Source: a virus
Strand: one strand, 5' to 3'
Virus record (IMG/VR): IMGVR_UViG_3300017605_001304
Location: 85,156-149,155 of that record
DNA: 64,000 nucleotides
The notes beneath the pieces are model-generated. The model did not search any database. It was given only the letters and a program-made list of their open reading frames with translations, and had not been told where the DNA came from. This document shows positions 1 to 9,222 of the stretch, one piece after another. A program made the position numbers and the translations under genes. Position 1 is the first letter of the stretch; each line of letters starts with the position of its first letter.

Positions 1-1074
1 CATGTTGGGCTTGAAGATCGGCTCTCCGACGGTCTTGTCGTCGACCCAGCCGTCGGGGGTCCAACCGTCTTTGAAGAGCCGCGTCGCCATGGAGCGCGTG
101 GATTCCTTCTTGTGCTTCTTCACGTCGTCTCCTCGCACGCGCGGTGTGTCGAAGGGGAAGCCCGGCGCGTCGACGTCCCTTGGGGTGAGCTGCGTGACCT
201 TGGCGATCTTCTCCGTGTTGAAGACGACCACCCAGTCCTCGTTGCTCTGCCTCACGTACGCCACGTCGACGCCGTGGTCGACCAGGAACTTCGCGAGCGC
301 CGGACCGGCCTGTCCAGACGCCTGATCCGAGTTCACGAAGACGTTGACGAGGTACTCGGCAGGGAACGGGTTCCCGGAGCGGGCCGCCAGCCGGCGCAGC
401 GAGTCTGCGAGCTCCTGGCGCTGCCGAAGACGTGGGACGTCGCGCAGCCACGCGAGCGTCTCTTCGAGATCGAGGCGAGCGTCCTGCAGCCAGCGCAGGT
501 CCGGAGCCAGGACGACCCGCTGCACGGCACCGCCGCCCTTCGCGTAGCCCTTGGCGGTCGTCCAGCTCGTGGTGAGGTAGATGCCGGGTCCGTGCTCCGC
601 GGCGCCGCGTCGTGCACCACGGATCTCGGGCGGGCCGAACCACCGATGCGAGCCGTGATACAGAACGAGCGGGTCCGTCATGGACGACTCTCGCTGACGC
701 TGGATAGGTATTACCTCGTAATAGCGAGGAGAAGAAATGTCACTCTGCTCGCGGACATACGAGATAGCGATCTCGTCGACACGTGGGAACGTAAGGAGCA
801 CATAGTCTAGTACGCGCGTACGAAGTCGCGGGGCAGACATGAAGCGATTCGAACAAGCCTGCCGAATCCAGCCGCGCTTGAACATGCTCAGCCAAAGCTG
901 GTCTTCCGCCGCCTCAGTGTTGTTCGTGAACTCCACCTGAGATGGAATCTGCACGCCGGTGGCGCGCAGTACGCCTTCGTGTGCATGGACCCAGTCATTG
1001 TGCGAAGTGTCCGGGTCGGTAATTGGGAACACGCAGCCATCCGGGGCGATCCAGGCGCGTCCAGCGTAGGCCAC
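1..1074 (-). CDS. GWIxPDG-domain + H-Y-E class ADP-ribosyltransferase fusion, partial (runs off window edge)
   Basis: Not in the ORF track; translated by hand from GTG 1074 (AGGAG upstream). MAYAGRAWIAPDG...H..W...GWIRQ...QRES|SMTDPLVLYHGS...GPGIYLTT...AKGYA...NEDWVVVFN...KKESTRSMATRLFKDGW. YHGS/GxGIYLT/YA/E pattern is PARP/diphtheria-toxin-like. Confidence 0.75.
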   Translation of the reverse strand, partial: MAYAGRAWIAPDGCVFPITDPDTSHNDWVHAHEGVLRATGVQIPSQVEFTNNTEAAEDQLWLSMFKRGWIRQACSNRFMSAPRLRTRVLDYVLLTFPRVDEIAISYVREQSDISSPRYYEVIPIQRQRESSMTDPLVLYHGSHRWFGPPEIRGARRGAAEHGPGIYLTTSWTTAKGYAKGGGAVQRVVLAPDLRWLQDARLDLEETLAWLRDVPRLRQRQELADSLRRLAARSGNPFPAEYLVNVFVNSDQASGQAGPALAKFLVDHGVDVAYVRQSNEDWVVVFNTEKIAKVTQLTPRDVDAPGFPFDTPRVRGDDVKKHKKESTRSMATRLFKDGWTPDGWVDDKTVGEPIFKPNM

Positions 1075-1084
1075 AGGCAGCTCC

Positions 1085-1621
1085 TTAACCGAGCGTGCAG
1101 TCGATCGGCTGGAAGTCGGCGTAGATCTCGCGCGCCTTGTCCAGCGACCACCCATAATTACTCAGGTAGTTCACGAACGCGCCGAGGTCCAGGAACTTGA
1201 AGCCCGTCACGGAGTGGCAGAGGTTCTGGTAGAGGACGTTCAGTCGCACGACCTGCAGGTAGGCGCGCGCCACGACGCGGCCGAACTCGTTGGGCCGCAG
1301 CGGGCTCACGATGATGCGCGGGCCGTAGACCTTGGTCCAGTCGATCTCTTCGGGCGGCAGGAGCGCCTGCGGGCCCCAGAGGGCGAGGGCCAAGCACTGG
1401 CTCGCGCGGTTGAACTTCTCGACGGCGTCCTTGTCGGGCTTGCCCTGCGCCTTCGGGCGGGTGTCCGGGAGGTCGACGCCGACGAGCTGGATGCGGGCCG
1501 CGCGGTACGTCCACAGGCCCTGGTCGATCATCCCGAAGAACGTCTTGCCGTCGACGACGAACTGCCGGCTCTTCGGGAAGAGCTGGACCTGACAGGCATA
1601 GTTGAACAGGATCCGATTCAA
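1085..1621 (-). CDS. Staphylococcal nuclease (SNase)-fold protein with degenerate active site
   Basis: VVDGKT...IDQG...RIQLVGVDLPD...NEFGRVVA aligns to the SNase pattern DGDT...RLxGIDTPE...DKYGRxLA. Confidence 0.65.
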   Translation of the reverse strand: MNRILFNYACQVQLFPKSRQFVVDGKTFFGMIDQGLWTYRAARIQLVGVDLPDTRPKAQGKPDKDAVEKFNRASQCLALALWGPQALLPPEEIDWTKVYGPRIIVSPLRPNEFGRVVARAYLQVVRLNVLYQNLCHSVTGFKFLDLGAFVNYLSNYGWSLDKAREIYADFQPIDCTLG

Positions 1622-1646
1622 GAAGACCTCCCGTGACGTCGACGCC

Positions 1647-2156
1647 TCACTGACGAAGCGCTGCGGTCACGTGCTTGTTGACGATTTCGGTCGCGTACTT
1701 CTCGTACTGCCGAGCGCGGCGCGCGATGAGCGTCGCTGCGACTCGCCAGTGAGGATGCGGGGGAAGCCGGACGCTCTGCCCGCCGATGACCGCCGCCCCG
1801 CCGTACTCCAGGAGCTTGCTCACGTAGGGCAGGGACCAACCGAGCGCGCTCATGCGGTCCTCGGTGGCGATCGTGACGGTGGTGATCTCCTTCCCGCGGT
1901 GGACATCGGGCAGGATGCCGCGCACGTAGTCGAAGATCGCCTCGCGCCACGCCTTGTCCGAGAGGTAGTCGGTCTCTTCCAGGCTGCGGTCCGCGGCGCG
2001 GGCGGCCTTGGACTGGATGGTCACGAGGCTGTCGCGTGTGACCTTGTCCGCGAGCTGCTGGAGCGACTCCTCACAGCCTTTCCGGAGACCTGCCTCGACC
2101 CTGCGCAGCCACTCCTCGGGCCGTAGCCCTTCCATATTGACGGTGGCCTTGATCAA
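1647..2156 (-). CDS. Putative neck/tail-completion protein (HK97 gp10-like motif)
   Basis: LLEYGG...LPPHPHWR resembles the LEyGT...PPRPfxRP motif; likely TTG start 2156 with GGAG upstream; lies in the neck module. Confidence 0.5.
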   Translation of the reverse strand: MIKATVNMEGLRPEEWLRRVEAGLRKGCEESLQQLADKVTRDSLVTIQSKAARAADRSLEETDYLSDKAWREAIFDYVRGILPDVHRGKEITTVTIATEDRMSALGWSLPYVSKLLEYGGAAVIGGQSVRLPPHPHWRVAATLIARRARQYEKYATEIVNKHVTAALRQ

Positions 2157-2188
2157 GGTATCGTCTCCACACCTTGGAGGAGGTGAAC

Positions 2189-2611
2189 ATGGCCACGCTG
2201 GACGAGCTGCAGAAGGGGTCCGAAGAGTGCTCGGCACGGATGCGAGCGGTGCTACAGGACGAGCTCAAGCGCACGGGCTTTCCACTGCGCCTATGCACCT
2301 ACTACGTGGTCGGCATGACCGGCGCGTGGATCTTCCGGCTGCTCTTCAAGTTCGACCTGTTTGAGAACTTCAAGAGCTTGGCGCTCATCCTGCTGTGTCC
2401 GCCTCTGCTGACCGCGACGCAGGCTTTCCTGTTGAGCTTCATGCTCAAGCGGGCATACCAGCGGGCGCAGGATGCGCTCGGCATCGCGGACAAGGCGGAG
2501 AAGGCGCTGTTCGAGGCGACGCGAGGACTGCTCGCTCAGCGTGAGCAGCTCAAGTTCCTGGTCGAGAGGCTGCGCGATCGCGACGAAGGCGAGGAGTGGA
2601 AGGACGCTTAA
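2189..2611 (+). CDS. Membrane protein (2 predicted TM helices + coiled coil), counter-oriented
   Basis: Strong SD GGAGGAGGTG before ATG 2189; hydrophobic segments YYVVGMTGAWIFRLLF and LALILLCPPLLTATQAFLLSFML; fills the gap between two minus-strand genes. Confidence 0.65.
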   Translation: MATLDELQKGSEECSARMRAVLQDELKRTGFPLRLCTYYVVGMTGAWIFRLLFKFDLFENFKSLALILLCPPLLTATQAFLLSFMLKRAYQRAQDALGIADKAEKALFEATRGLLAQREQLKFLVERLRDRDEGEEWKDA

Positions 2612-3102
2612 CGGCCGTGGCGGTACCGGTCGCAGGCGCACACGATGTGGAACGGGAAGTTGGACGATCCCCAGTATCCGTCCTTGCTGCGCGTCTGCGT
2701 CTTGATCTCATAGAGGTCCGAATCGAAGCGCACGATCGAGCCGACCAGGAACGTCGTGCTCGGCTGCAGGATCTTCTGGTCGAGCAGCAGCACGGTCGAG
2801 AACGTCACGAGCAGCGTCCGCTCCTCATCCATGCCGTACTTCTGCAGGCGGTACTTGCTCGGGCTGTGGTCGATGTGGGCGTGGACCATGATCGGGTGGT
2901 CCCAATCCGGGTCGGACGCCTCGTTGTAGAGCGAGTCGACGTTCGTGTTGCCCCGGTTGAGCAGGATCAACGCGATCTGCGGGTGGTGGCGGATGAACGC
3001 CTCGCGCTGGAAGTTCGCCTGGATCTTGTAGTCCGACGTCTCCAGCAGCTTGAGCAGGAGCTCATTCGCGTCCTTGCCGTCGATCGGCAGCAGGTCGGAC
3101 AT
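2608..3102 (-). CDS. Neck/head-closure protein, T4 gp14-like
   Basis: LQKYGMDEERTLLVTFS...GSIVRFDSDLYEI matches the gp14-type pattern; GGAGG SD; downstream of a gp13-like gene. Confidence 0.65.
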   Translation of the reverse strand: MSDLLPIDGKDANELLLKLLETSDYKIQANFQREAFIRHHPQIALILLNRGNTNVDSLYNEASDPDWDHPIMVHAHIDHSPSKYRLQKYGMDEERTLLVTFSTVLLLDQKILQPSTTFLVGSIVRFDSDLYEIKTQTRSKDGYWGSSNFPFHIVCACDRYRHGR

Positions 3103-3811
3103 GGAGGTCCTCCAAGAACAGACGAGCGGCGAGGAAGCGGGTGGCCTCGTTCACGTGCAATTCGTACGGCCGCTCGGGACGCCCCTCATCGCTGTACGGG
3201 TCGACGTAGAACGACGACTTGCCGGGGTAGTTCGTGATGAAGTAGTCCTTCGCGCGGGACAGATCCTTGCGGCGAAGCTCGTACATGTTCCAGTCCGCCT
3301 TGCGGATCCAGCCGTGCATGCACATGTGGCGCATGATGACGTCGCCCGGGGTCAGTGGCGGCGTCTGATAGGCAGCTAAGAGTTCAGGGTGAACTCGGGC
3401 CCACGAGTCGTGAGACTGCCGGTCAGAGTCGAGCGGGTAGAACGTGTCGTCGGGAGCAATCCAACCTGCCCGAACATTGCGCGACTCGTGCAGGCGCACG
3501 GTCACCGGTTCCACTCGATGTGGAACGCGGCCGTGAAGGTCGAGATTTGCTGCCTCGACTCCTGGATACTTCATGCGGATGTAATCGAGCAAGAGAGGCT
3601 CATACTTCACGTTCAACTCGTAGTCCTTCTTGCCAGCCTGCCGGATCCAGCCCTTCGCGTACAACTGCGTAATGACCGCATCCGTGAAGTCAGGATCGTA
3701 CGGGTCGTCCATGCCGAGCAGCTCGGCCGCGAACTGATCGTGCATGTCGAAACGCGGCTCCAGAGGATGGAAGTTCATGTCCGGGTCGAGCCAGCCAATG
3801 TGGTCGGACAT
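3062..3811 (-). CDS. Protein with two tandem GWIxPDG...GWIR domains and C-terminal tag
   Basis: MSDHIGWLDPD...GWIRQ...RLHES|RNVRAGWIAPDD...GWIRK...NEATRFLAARLFLED; start coupled to upstream stop. Confidence 0.75.
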   Translation of the reverse strand: MSDHIGWLDPDMNFHPLEPRFDMHDQFAAELLGMDDPYDPDFTDAVITQLYAKGWIRQAGKKDYELNVKYEPLLLDYIRMKYPGVEAANLDLHGRVPHRVEPVTVRLHESRNVRAGWIAPDDTFYPLDSDRQSHDSWARVHPELLAAYQTPPLTPGDVIMRHMCMHGWIRKADWNMYELRRKDLSRAKDYFITNYPGKSSFYVDPYSDEGRPERPYELHVNEATRFLAARLFLEDLHVRPAADRRQGRE

Positions 3812-4632
3812 CACTGGCCCTCCAGGAACAGACGCTTCGCGATAGCCTTGGTGGACTCTAGCTGCACGACCACTGACTTGATGCGGCCGCGCCAATCTCT
3901 GAGATCAATCTCGATCGCGCGTACTTGAGGATACTTACGCCGGACATAGTCCACGACGGACTGTTCAAACAAAGCGTAGCACTCGTACTGGTCGCGACTC
4001 ACTTGACGGATCCAGCCGTCGTCAAACATCGCTTGAATCTTCCTGTCGACCCAGTCATCGTCGTCCGAGTCGTGCGCCTCACTGTCGGCAACCCACCCGG
4101 CGTGTCCTTGCGGAGCGGCGTGAAACTGTCCGTTCGGGTCGATCCACCCTTGCACCAGCGATGGCGCGGCTTCAAGCCAGCTCGACGGGAGCTTGAGCTG
4201 CTGGACGGCGCCAGATCGAATCGACGACGTCAACACGATCCACTCCTGCTCTTCGAGCGAGTCCTCGCTGGAGAGGTAGCGGCTGATCGGCAGCCCGATC
4301 GCTGTGCCTTTACGAAGGCGATACAGCTTGCCGGACTTCCAGTGCTTTTGCGCGAACGTCACCGCCGTAGTGACGTTGCTGCTCCAGGACTGGAACACGC
4401 GAGTCGACTCAGACGCGGGATCTACCTCTGCACCACGGTAGAGCGCAGGAACTGGTTGGCCGTTCTCTTTCAGGTCCTGCAGCAGTGCCCGGGCCTCGGC
4501 CCGCAGCTTCCGGCCAGACGCACTCGAAGGTTCTGGGGCCCCGGCGAGCTCGTCCTTGGCGTGCAGCTCGACGGTACCCATGTCGCTGCTGACCCACCGC
4601 CAGACGGCCCGTACCGCTTGAGGGTCGATCAT
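3811..4632 (-). CDS. R-S-E class ADP-ribosyltransferase + GWIxPDG domain + C-terminal tag
   Basis: LYRG...FQSWSS...AVTFA...EEQEWIV is the R / S-x-S / E-x-E triad; linker WLEA; then QGWIDPNGQFH...GWIRQ...LESTKAIAKRLFLEGQ. Confidence 0.75.
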   Translation of the reverse strand: MIDPQAVRAVWRWVSSDMGTVELHAKDELAGAPEPSSASGRKLRAEARALLQDLKENGQPVPALYRGAEVDPASESTRVFQSWSSNVTTAVTFAQKHWKSGKLYRLRKGTAIGLPISRYLSSEDSLEEQEWIVLTSSIRSGAVQQLKLPSSWLEAAPSLVQGWIDPNGQFHAAPQGHAGWVADSEAHDSDDDDWVDRKIQAMFDDGWIRQVSRDQYECYALFEQSVVDYVRRKYPQVRAIEIDLRDWRGRIKSVVVQLESTKAIAKRLFLEGQ

Positions 4633-4991
4633 CCCAACCCCTCCAAGAACAGACGCTTGGCGATGGCCCGTGTAGACTCGTCCATGTTGATGACGAGTGT
4701 TTTCGGAGGGCCAAGAAAGTCAACTACATCGATATTAATTCGATGCACATTGGGGTGTACTCGACGTACGTAATCAATGACCCACTGCTCATACGCCGCG
4801 GTACACTCATAATCGTACAGTCCCGCTTGGCGCACCCACCCAGCCTTTAGCATCCGAACCGTCTCAGCGTTAACCCAAACCAGAATCTGATCGTTGTCCG
4901 GGGCTCCTGGCCTGTTGTCTATCACCCACTCGTCGTGGCCATTCAGTACGCGGTGGAACTCGCCGTCAGGATCAATCCAGCCCTGTGCCAC
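4629..4991 (-). CDS. Single GWIxPDG-domain protein with C-terminal tag
   Basis: MAQGWIDPDGEFH...GHDEW...GWVRQ...DESTRAIAKRLFLEGLG. Confidence 0.8.
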   Translation of the reverse strand: MAQGWIDPDGEFHRVLNGHDEWVIDNRPGAPDNDQILVWVNAETVRMLKAGWVRQAGLYDYECTAAYEQWVIDYVRRVHPNVHRINIDVVDFLGPPKTLVINMDESTRAIAKRLFLEGLG

Positions 4992-4994
4992 GGC

Positions 4995-6023
4995 TTACCC
5001 CCACACAGGCGGAACGGCCGGCGCGAGCGAGCGCAGGTCATCTTCCAGCCGCTGCCGGTCTTGCCGGCTCTCGTCTAGAAGCTGCGCTGCGTCGAGCGTC
5101 AGCGTTCCACCGGGGCTCGGGACCGTCCCGCTCCACTTGCCGCGGGTCCGGCCGAGGATCTCCTTCGCGACGGCAAGTGCGTATTGTCGGAACCACGCGT
5201 GGTGCGAGACCGGGATCTGGTCGATCGCGACGTCGGCGTAGTAGCGGTACGAGACGTCGTAGAGGCTCGGGTCCTGAGAACCCGAGGGCCCGCCGAGCGA
5301 GATGTAGAGCGTCCCGTTCTCAACTCGCCAAGTCCACTCGGGCTCGACCGACGCCTGCCTACGCACTGTTTCCCAGTGCGACTGCGAGAGCACGAACTCG
5401 TCGAACTGGATCTGCGGCCAGATCGGGAACTCGCGGCCGAAGAACGGGAACGACGTCAGGTTCAACTGCTGCTTGCGAACGAACTGCACGTCCGCAACGC
5501 CGCGTGAGCCGACGCCCGGCAGCGGGTAGGCGAAGATGCCGGCGCTCAGCACCACGGTGTCCGACAGCTCGCGGGCGCACCAGCGGTTGTACACCGTGAG
5601 CGCTTCGTTCATGCACGTCGCGAGCTGCCCGCTCGTGAGCTCGACGGCCACGGACGGGAAGCCCAGCATGTTGAAGACGTACTGCCGGATCGAGTCGGAG
5701 TTGACGCCGCTCGCGATCGGGTATTCAGCCGTCAGCACGGTCGGGAACGGATCAACCTGGATGCCGAGCTGGTTCGCGTACCACTTCGCCGTGATCCGGC
5801 CCTGCACATAATTGCTGGCGTCGATGTACGTGTAGTAGAACGTCCCCTGCGCGTCCGAGCCTTGCACGATCGAGACCGAGGAGTCGGTCCCGAGTGCCCG
5901 GGTCTCAGTCACCGTCACGGCGCCCGCCTGGAAGATCTGGACCGAGAGGTCCTGATCGACCACGTCGCCGAGCCCGGTGTCGTCATTGACGAAGCGGATG
6001 TCCAACAGAACTGGAAGCGCCAT
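4995..6023 (-). CDS. Head-tail adaptor/neck protein, T4 gp13-like, with extra N-terminal beta domain
   Basis: IRQYVFNMLGFPSVAVELT...WFRQYALAVAKEILGRTRGKW...PGGTLTLDAAQLLDES...LEDDLR...PPVWG. Confidence 0.85.
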   Translation of the reverse strand: MALPVLLDIRFVNDDTGLGDVVDQDLSVQIFQAGAVTVTETRALGTDSSVSIVQGSDAQGTFYYTYIDASNYVQGRITAKWYANQLGIQVDPFPTVLTAEYPIASGVNSDSIRQYVFNMLGFPSVAVELTSGQLATCMNEALTVYNRWCARELSDTVVLSAGIFAYPLPGVGSRGVADVQFVRKQQLNLTSFPFFGREFPIWPQIQFDEFVLSQSHWETVRRQASVEPEWTWRVENGTLYISLGGPSGSQDPSLYDVSYRYYADVAIDQIPVSHHAWFRQYALAVAKEILGRTRGKWSGTVPSPGGTLTLDAAQLLDESRQDRQRLEDDLRSLAPAVPPVWG

Positions 6024-6026
6024 CGC

Positions 6027-7538
6027 TTATCTCTCCCGTCCAGCCAGACGAAGGCGTGTGTCGCCATGGACGCGGCCGCGGATCGCGACGTCGAGCCCCA
6101 GCGACGCCGCTCGATCCGTCACGAAGACGCCCAGGTCGCAGCCGAGCTGCAGGCCGCCGCGCTGGATCACGGCCAGATCGAGGCCGAGCGTGAGGACGGC
6201 GTCGAGCACCTTGACCGCGGTCGCCGTCGCGAGGTCTGTCGTGCTCTGCGCTCGCACGACGCTGGTGAGGCCCAGGGACACGTGGTCGGTCTCGGCGATC
6301 CCCGCGCTGGTCGCGAGGTCCGCCGTGAGCTCCGAGGCCACGAAGAGGTCCAGGACGACCTGCTTGAAGCTCGAAGTTCCGATCCAGGTCGAGAGGCTGA
6401 GGTTGATCGTGCGGTTCCCGGTCCCGACGACCAGGGTGTCCGAGGACAGGTTGATCGCGTGCCCGACCGCCACTCCCAGATCGGTCAGGAGCGTCGTCAG
6501 GAGCGTCTCCGCGACGCCCGTCGACGTCGACAGGTTCAGCACCGGTGCGCCCTTGACCACGGCCGTGGTGGCCACGGAGAGCGTCTTCGGTGCGCGAATG
6601 GCTGCCATCGTCGGCAGCGATAGCTGGAGGCCCTGAGCGACGGCCGTCGACAGGTTGAGCGAGAGGGTCGGCGCGAGCTGGACGACGGTGTCGAGGCCCA
6701 GGAACGTCGTGAGCGAGCTCTGAGAGACGAGCGTCGTGAGCCCGAGGCTCAGGACCGGCTGCACGTACGTCGTCGACGTGAGCGCGAGCGTACGCCCCAT
6801 GCTCGCGACGGCCGAGGTGAGGCCGAGCGACGCCGACTGCGGGAAGACGACCAGGGTGTCCGCGCCGAGCTGCAGGGCGATGGGCGCCTGCACCGCGGTC
6901 TTCGTCGCCATCATCACGAAGCGCGACAGCGCCACGGCGGTCGAGAGGGACAGAGTCGACGACGTCGAGAACGCCACCGCGACGTTCGTCCACAGGAACG
7001 TGAGCACGTCGGGGTCGCTGATCGCGGCGTCGGCGCCGAGCAGCGACTGCCCGCTAGTCATCCCGAGCGAGATGGCGGTGTCGAGCGAGAGGTTCTTCGT
7101 CCGGTTCGTCTGCTGCACGGCCACGCCGGTCGGCACCGCGGAGAACCGCGACGCCTGCACCGCCGAGGTCAGCAGCAAGAGCTGGTTCACGTTCGCCACG
7201 GAGATGGCCGTGCTAGTCGCGAGCGTCTTGAAGTACGTGCCGACGATCGTGTCGACCAGCAAGGTCTGCGCGACGTCTGCGAACTGGACCGCGGTCGTCT
7301 CCCCCAGCGACAAGGTCAAGGGGGTTTGCACCGCCGCCTGTGACGTCAGATTCAGGGTCAGATTCGAGAACTGAACCGCGTTGGTGAGGCCGAGGTCCAG
7401 CGTCGTGTTGGGCATCACCACAACGGTGTCCTCGCTGAGCAAGAGGGACGTCTGAGCCAGCACGCCGAGATCAAGACCCAGCGGCAGGGAGACAACCGTG
7501 CCTCCGAGAAGATTGTTCTGCAGGATCGGCAGAAGCAC
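6027..7538 (-). CDS. Low-complexity L/T/S/V/A-rich putative virion fibre/structural protein
   Basis: Degenerate short LSLxTxVxV repeats, almost no aromatic or charged residues; structural module. Confidence 0.55.
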   Translation of the reverse strand: MLLPILQNNLLGGTVVSLPLGLDLGVLAQTSLLLSEDTVVVMPNTTLDLGLTNAVQFSNLTLNLTSQAAVQTPLTLSLGETTAVQFADVAQTLLVDTIVGTYFKTLATSTAISVANVNQLLLLTSAVQASRFSAVPTGVAVQQTNRTKNLSLDTAISLGMTSGQSLLGADAAISDPDVLTFLWTNVAVAFSTSSTLSLSTAVALSRFVMMATKTAVQAPIALQLGADTLVVFPQSASLGLTSAVASMGRTLALTSTTYVQPVLSLGLTTLVSQSSLTTFLGLDTVVQLAPTLSLNLSTAVAQGLQLSLPTMAAIRAPKTLSVATTAVVKGAPVLNLSTSTGVAETLLTTLLTDLGVAVGHAINLSSDTLVVGTGNRTINLSLSTWIGTSSFKQVVLDLFVASELTADLATSAGIAETDHVSLGLTSVVRAQSTTDLATATAVKVLDAVLTLGLDLAVIQRGGLQLGCDLGVFVTDRAASLGLDVAIRGRVHGDTRLRLAGRER

Positions 7539-7584
7539 GGTTGTCCCCTAGGGGCTATGTCATGGGCATGAACGCCACAGAGGA

Positions 7585-9210
7585 TTAGAAGTAGGTCGTA
7601 ACGACGACCATGCCGTGACCGCCCGCGCCTCCACCCTGCGACCCAGACGCGGTGCCGCCACCGCCGCCACCGCCGCCAGGGAATCCGCCGTTACCAGCGT
7701 GCGTCGCAGAGTCTCCCGCGCACGCACCGGAGCCGCCATGCGGGAACCGCGTCGAGTCATTGCCGTTCGCACCGGCCGCGGCCGCGGGAGCTGAAGCACC
7801 GCCGCCCATGCCGGGACCGGAGTTGACGCCAGTGGTCGAGCGTCCGCCCGCACCACCACCGCCGCCGCGCAGCGACCATCCGTTGTTCGCGGAGGTCGTC
7901 CCAGTATCAACATCCGCGCCGGATTCTCCGCCGCCACCGCCCCATTCTGCAGGTGAGCCACCGACCGGGGACAGCGTGCCGGCGCCGCCACGACCCCCGC
8001 CGCCACCGCTGGCCGGGATGTTGTTCGCCGCCGGGACCGTGTAGAGATCCGAACGGCTCGTGTTGGCGACGAGCGCCGTGAGTCCGCGACCGGCTCCACA
8101 TCCGCCGTTCCCACCATCCGCAGAGACTGCGCCGGTCGCGGCCGTTCCGGCGACGCGGCGCGCCGACGTCAGCGGGCCTTGCCCACCCTTGTCAAACTCC
8201 GAGAGCACGCCCGCATTGCCGTTCGTGCCGTCCGTATTCGCGGTCGCGGCGCCGCCCTTGCCGGCGTGAACAGTCACCGACGTGCCGAGGTCCGTCGGGT
8301 CGAACCACGCCTCGTCGTACCCGCCACCACCGCCACCACCGCCGCCCGCCGCTGTCACCGCATTGCGACCGGCCGATCCGCTGCCACCGCCATCGCAGAT
8401 CTGCACGAAGCACTTCCGCGCGCCCGGCCCCGGGCGCTGCCAAGTGTCATCGAGATCTGCAGCGGAACCGATGAAGAACTGGGTTTCGCTAGGCCGGGGC
8501 GCCGGGAAGTCGCGGTTCCCGCTGATGGTCGGGAGGAAGTGGATACGCGTCGCCACCTCGACCGTGGAGCTGGCCCACGTCATCGTCGTGGCGGCGGTCC
8601 CTGCCGCCACGGCCCGCGTGCCGCTGACCATGACGAGGCCGCCGCCCGTGCCGTCCGTCGTCGATCCGTCGAACTGCTCGGTGATGCTCGTGAGGTTGGA
8701 GTTCGTCGCGGCCGACGCCTGCCCACCGGTGGCGTCGATGGCATGCGCCCAGAGGTCGACGACGAGCGTGTTGTCGATCCACGTCTGCGTCACGGCCGAT
8801 GAGGCCGACGTCGACGCAGTGAACTTCCACGACTGCCCGCCCAGGTGGAACGGATCCCCGATGTTCGGGCAGCCATGGACCGAGAACATGAACCCGTAGG
8901 TGTGGTCACCTGCGTCGGTAAGCGTCGGCGCAGTCTCGCTGCCGCTGTCCCGCTTCCAGAAGATCGAGAGCTTCGTGCTGGCGGCAGTCGCCGCCGCACC
9001 GATCCCGTTCTGCGGACCGATCTGCTTGTACCCGGCCGGCGCCGCGTAGTTGGCGTCGTTCGAGCACTGGATCACGAGTACGAGAATGTCGTCGGCATCG
9101 TGCACGCTAGGCAGCGTCGCCGTCGGCACCCCGGTCGAATGGAACTCCGCGCCGACGCTCGCGATCGTAGGGAGAGTCGGCGTGCGGCTAAGGAGAGGAT
9201 ACAGCGGCAT
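7585..9210 (-). CDS. Glycine-rich virion structural/fibre protein
   Basis: N-terminal beta domain followed by GGGGGGG/GGAGG tracts ending GGHGMVVVTTYF, typical of phage Gly-rich minor tail domains. Confidence 0.65.
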   Translation of the reverse strand: MPLYPLLSRTPTLPTIASVGAEFHSTGVPTATLPSVHDADDILVLVIQCSNDANYAAPAGYKQIGPQNGIGAAATAASTKLSIFWKRDSGSETAPTLTDAGDHTYGFMFSVHGCPNIGDPFHLGGQSWKFTASTSASSAVTQTWIDNTLVVDLWAHAIDATGGQASAATNSNLTSITEQFDGSTTDGTGGGLVMVSGTRAVAAGTAATTMTWASSTVEVATRIHFLPTISGNRDFPAPRPSETQFFIGSAADLDDTWQRPGPGARKCFVQICDGGGSGSAGRNAVTAAGGGGGGGGGYDEAWFDPTDLGTSVTVHAGKGGAATANTDGTNGNAGVLSEFDKGGQGPLTSARRVAGTAATGAVSADGGNGGCGAGRGLTALVANTSRSDLYTVPAANNIPASGGGGGRGGAGTLSPVGGSPAEWGGGGGESGADVDTGTTSANNGWSLRGGGGGAGGRSTTGVNSGPGMGGGASAPAAAAGANGNDSTRFPHGGSGACAGDSATHAGNGGFPGGGGGGGGTASGSQGGGAGGHGMVVVTTYF

Positions 9211-9222
9211 CTGCGCCTCCTG

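Noticed and set aside
3107-4640. The terminal LEG/LED as part of the shared tag
   Set aside because: Its codons (xTG GAG Gxx) form the GGAGG SD of the next coupled gene, so that part may be an RBS constraint. Only ES-x-R-x-h-A-x-RLF is claimed.
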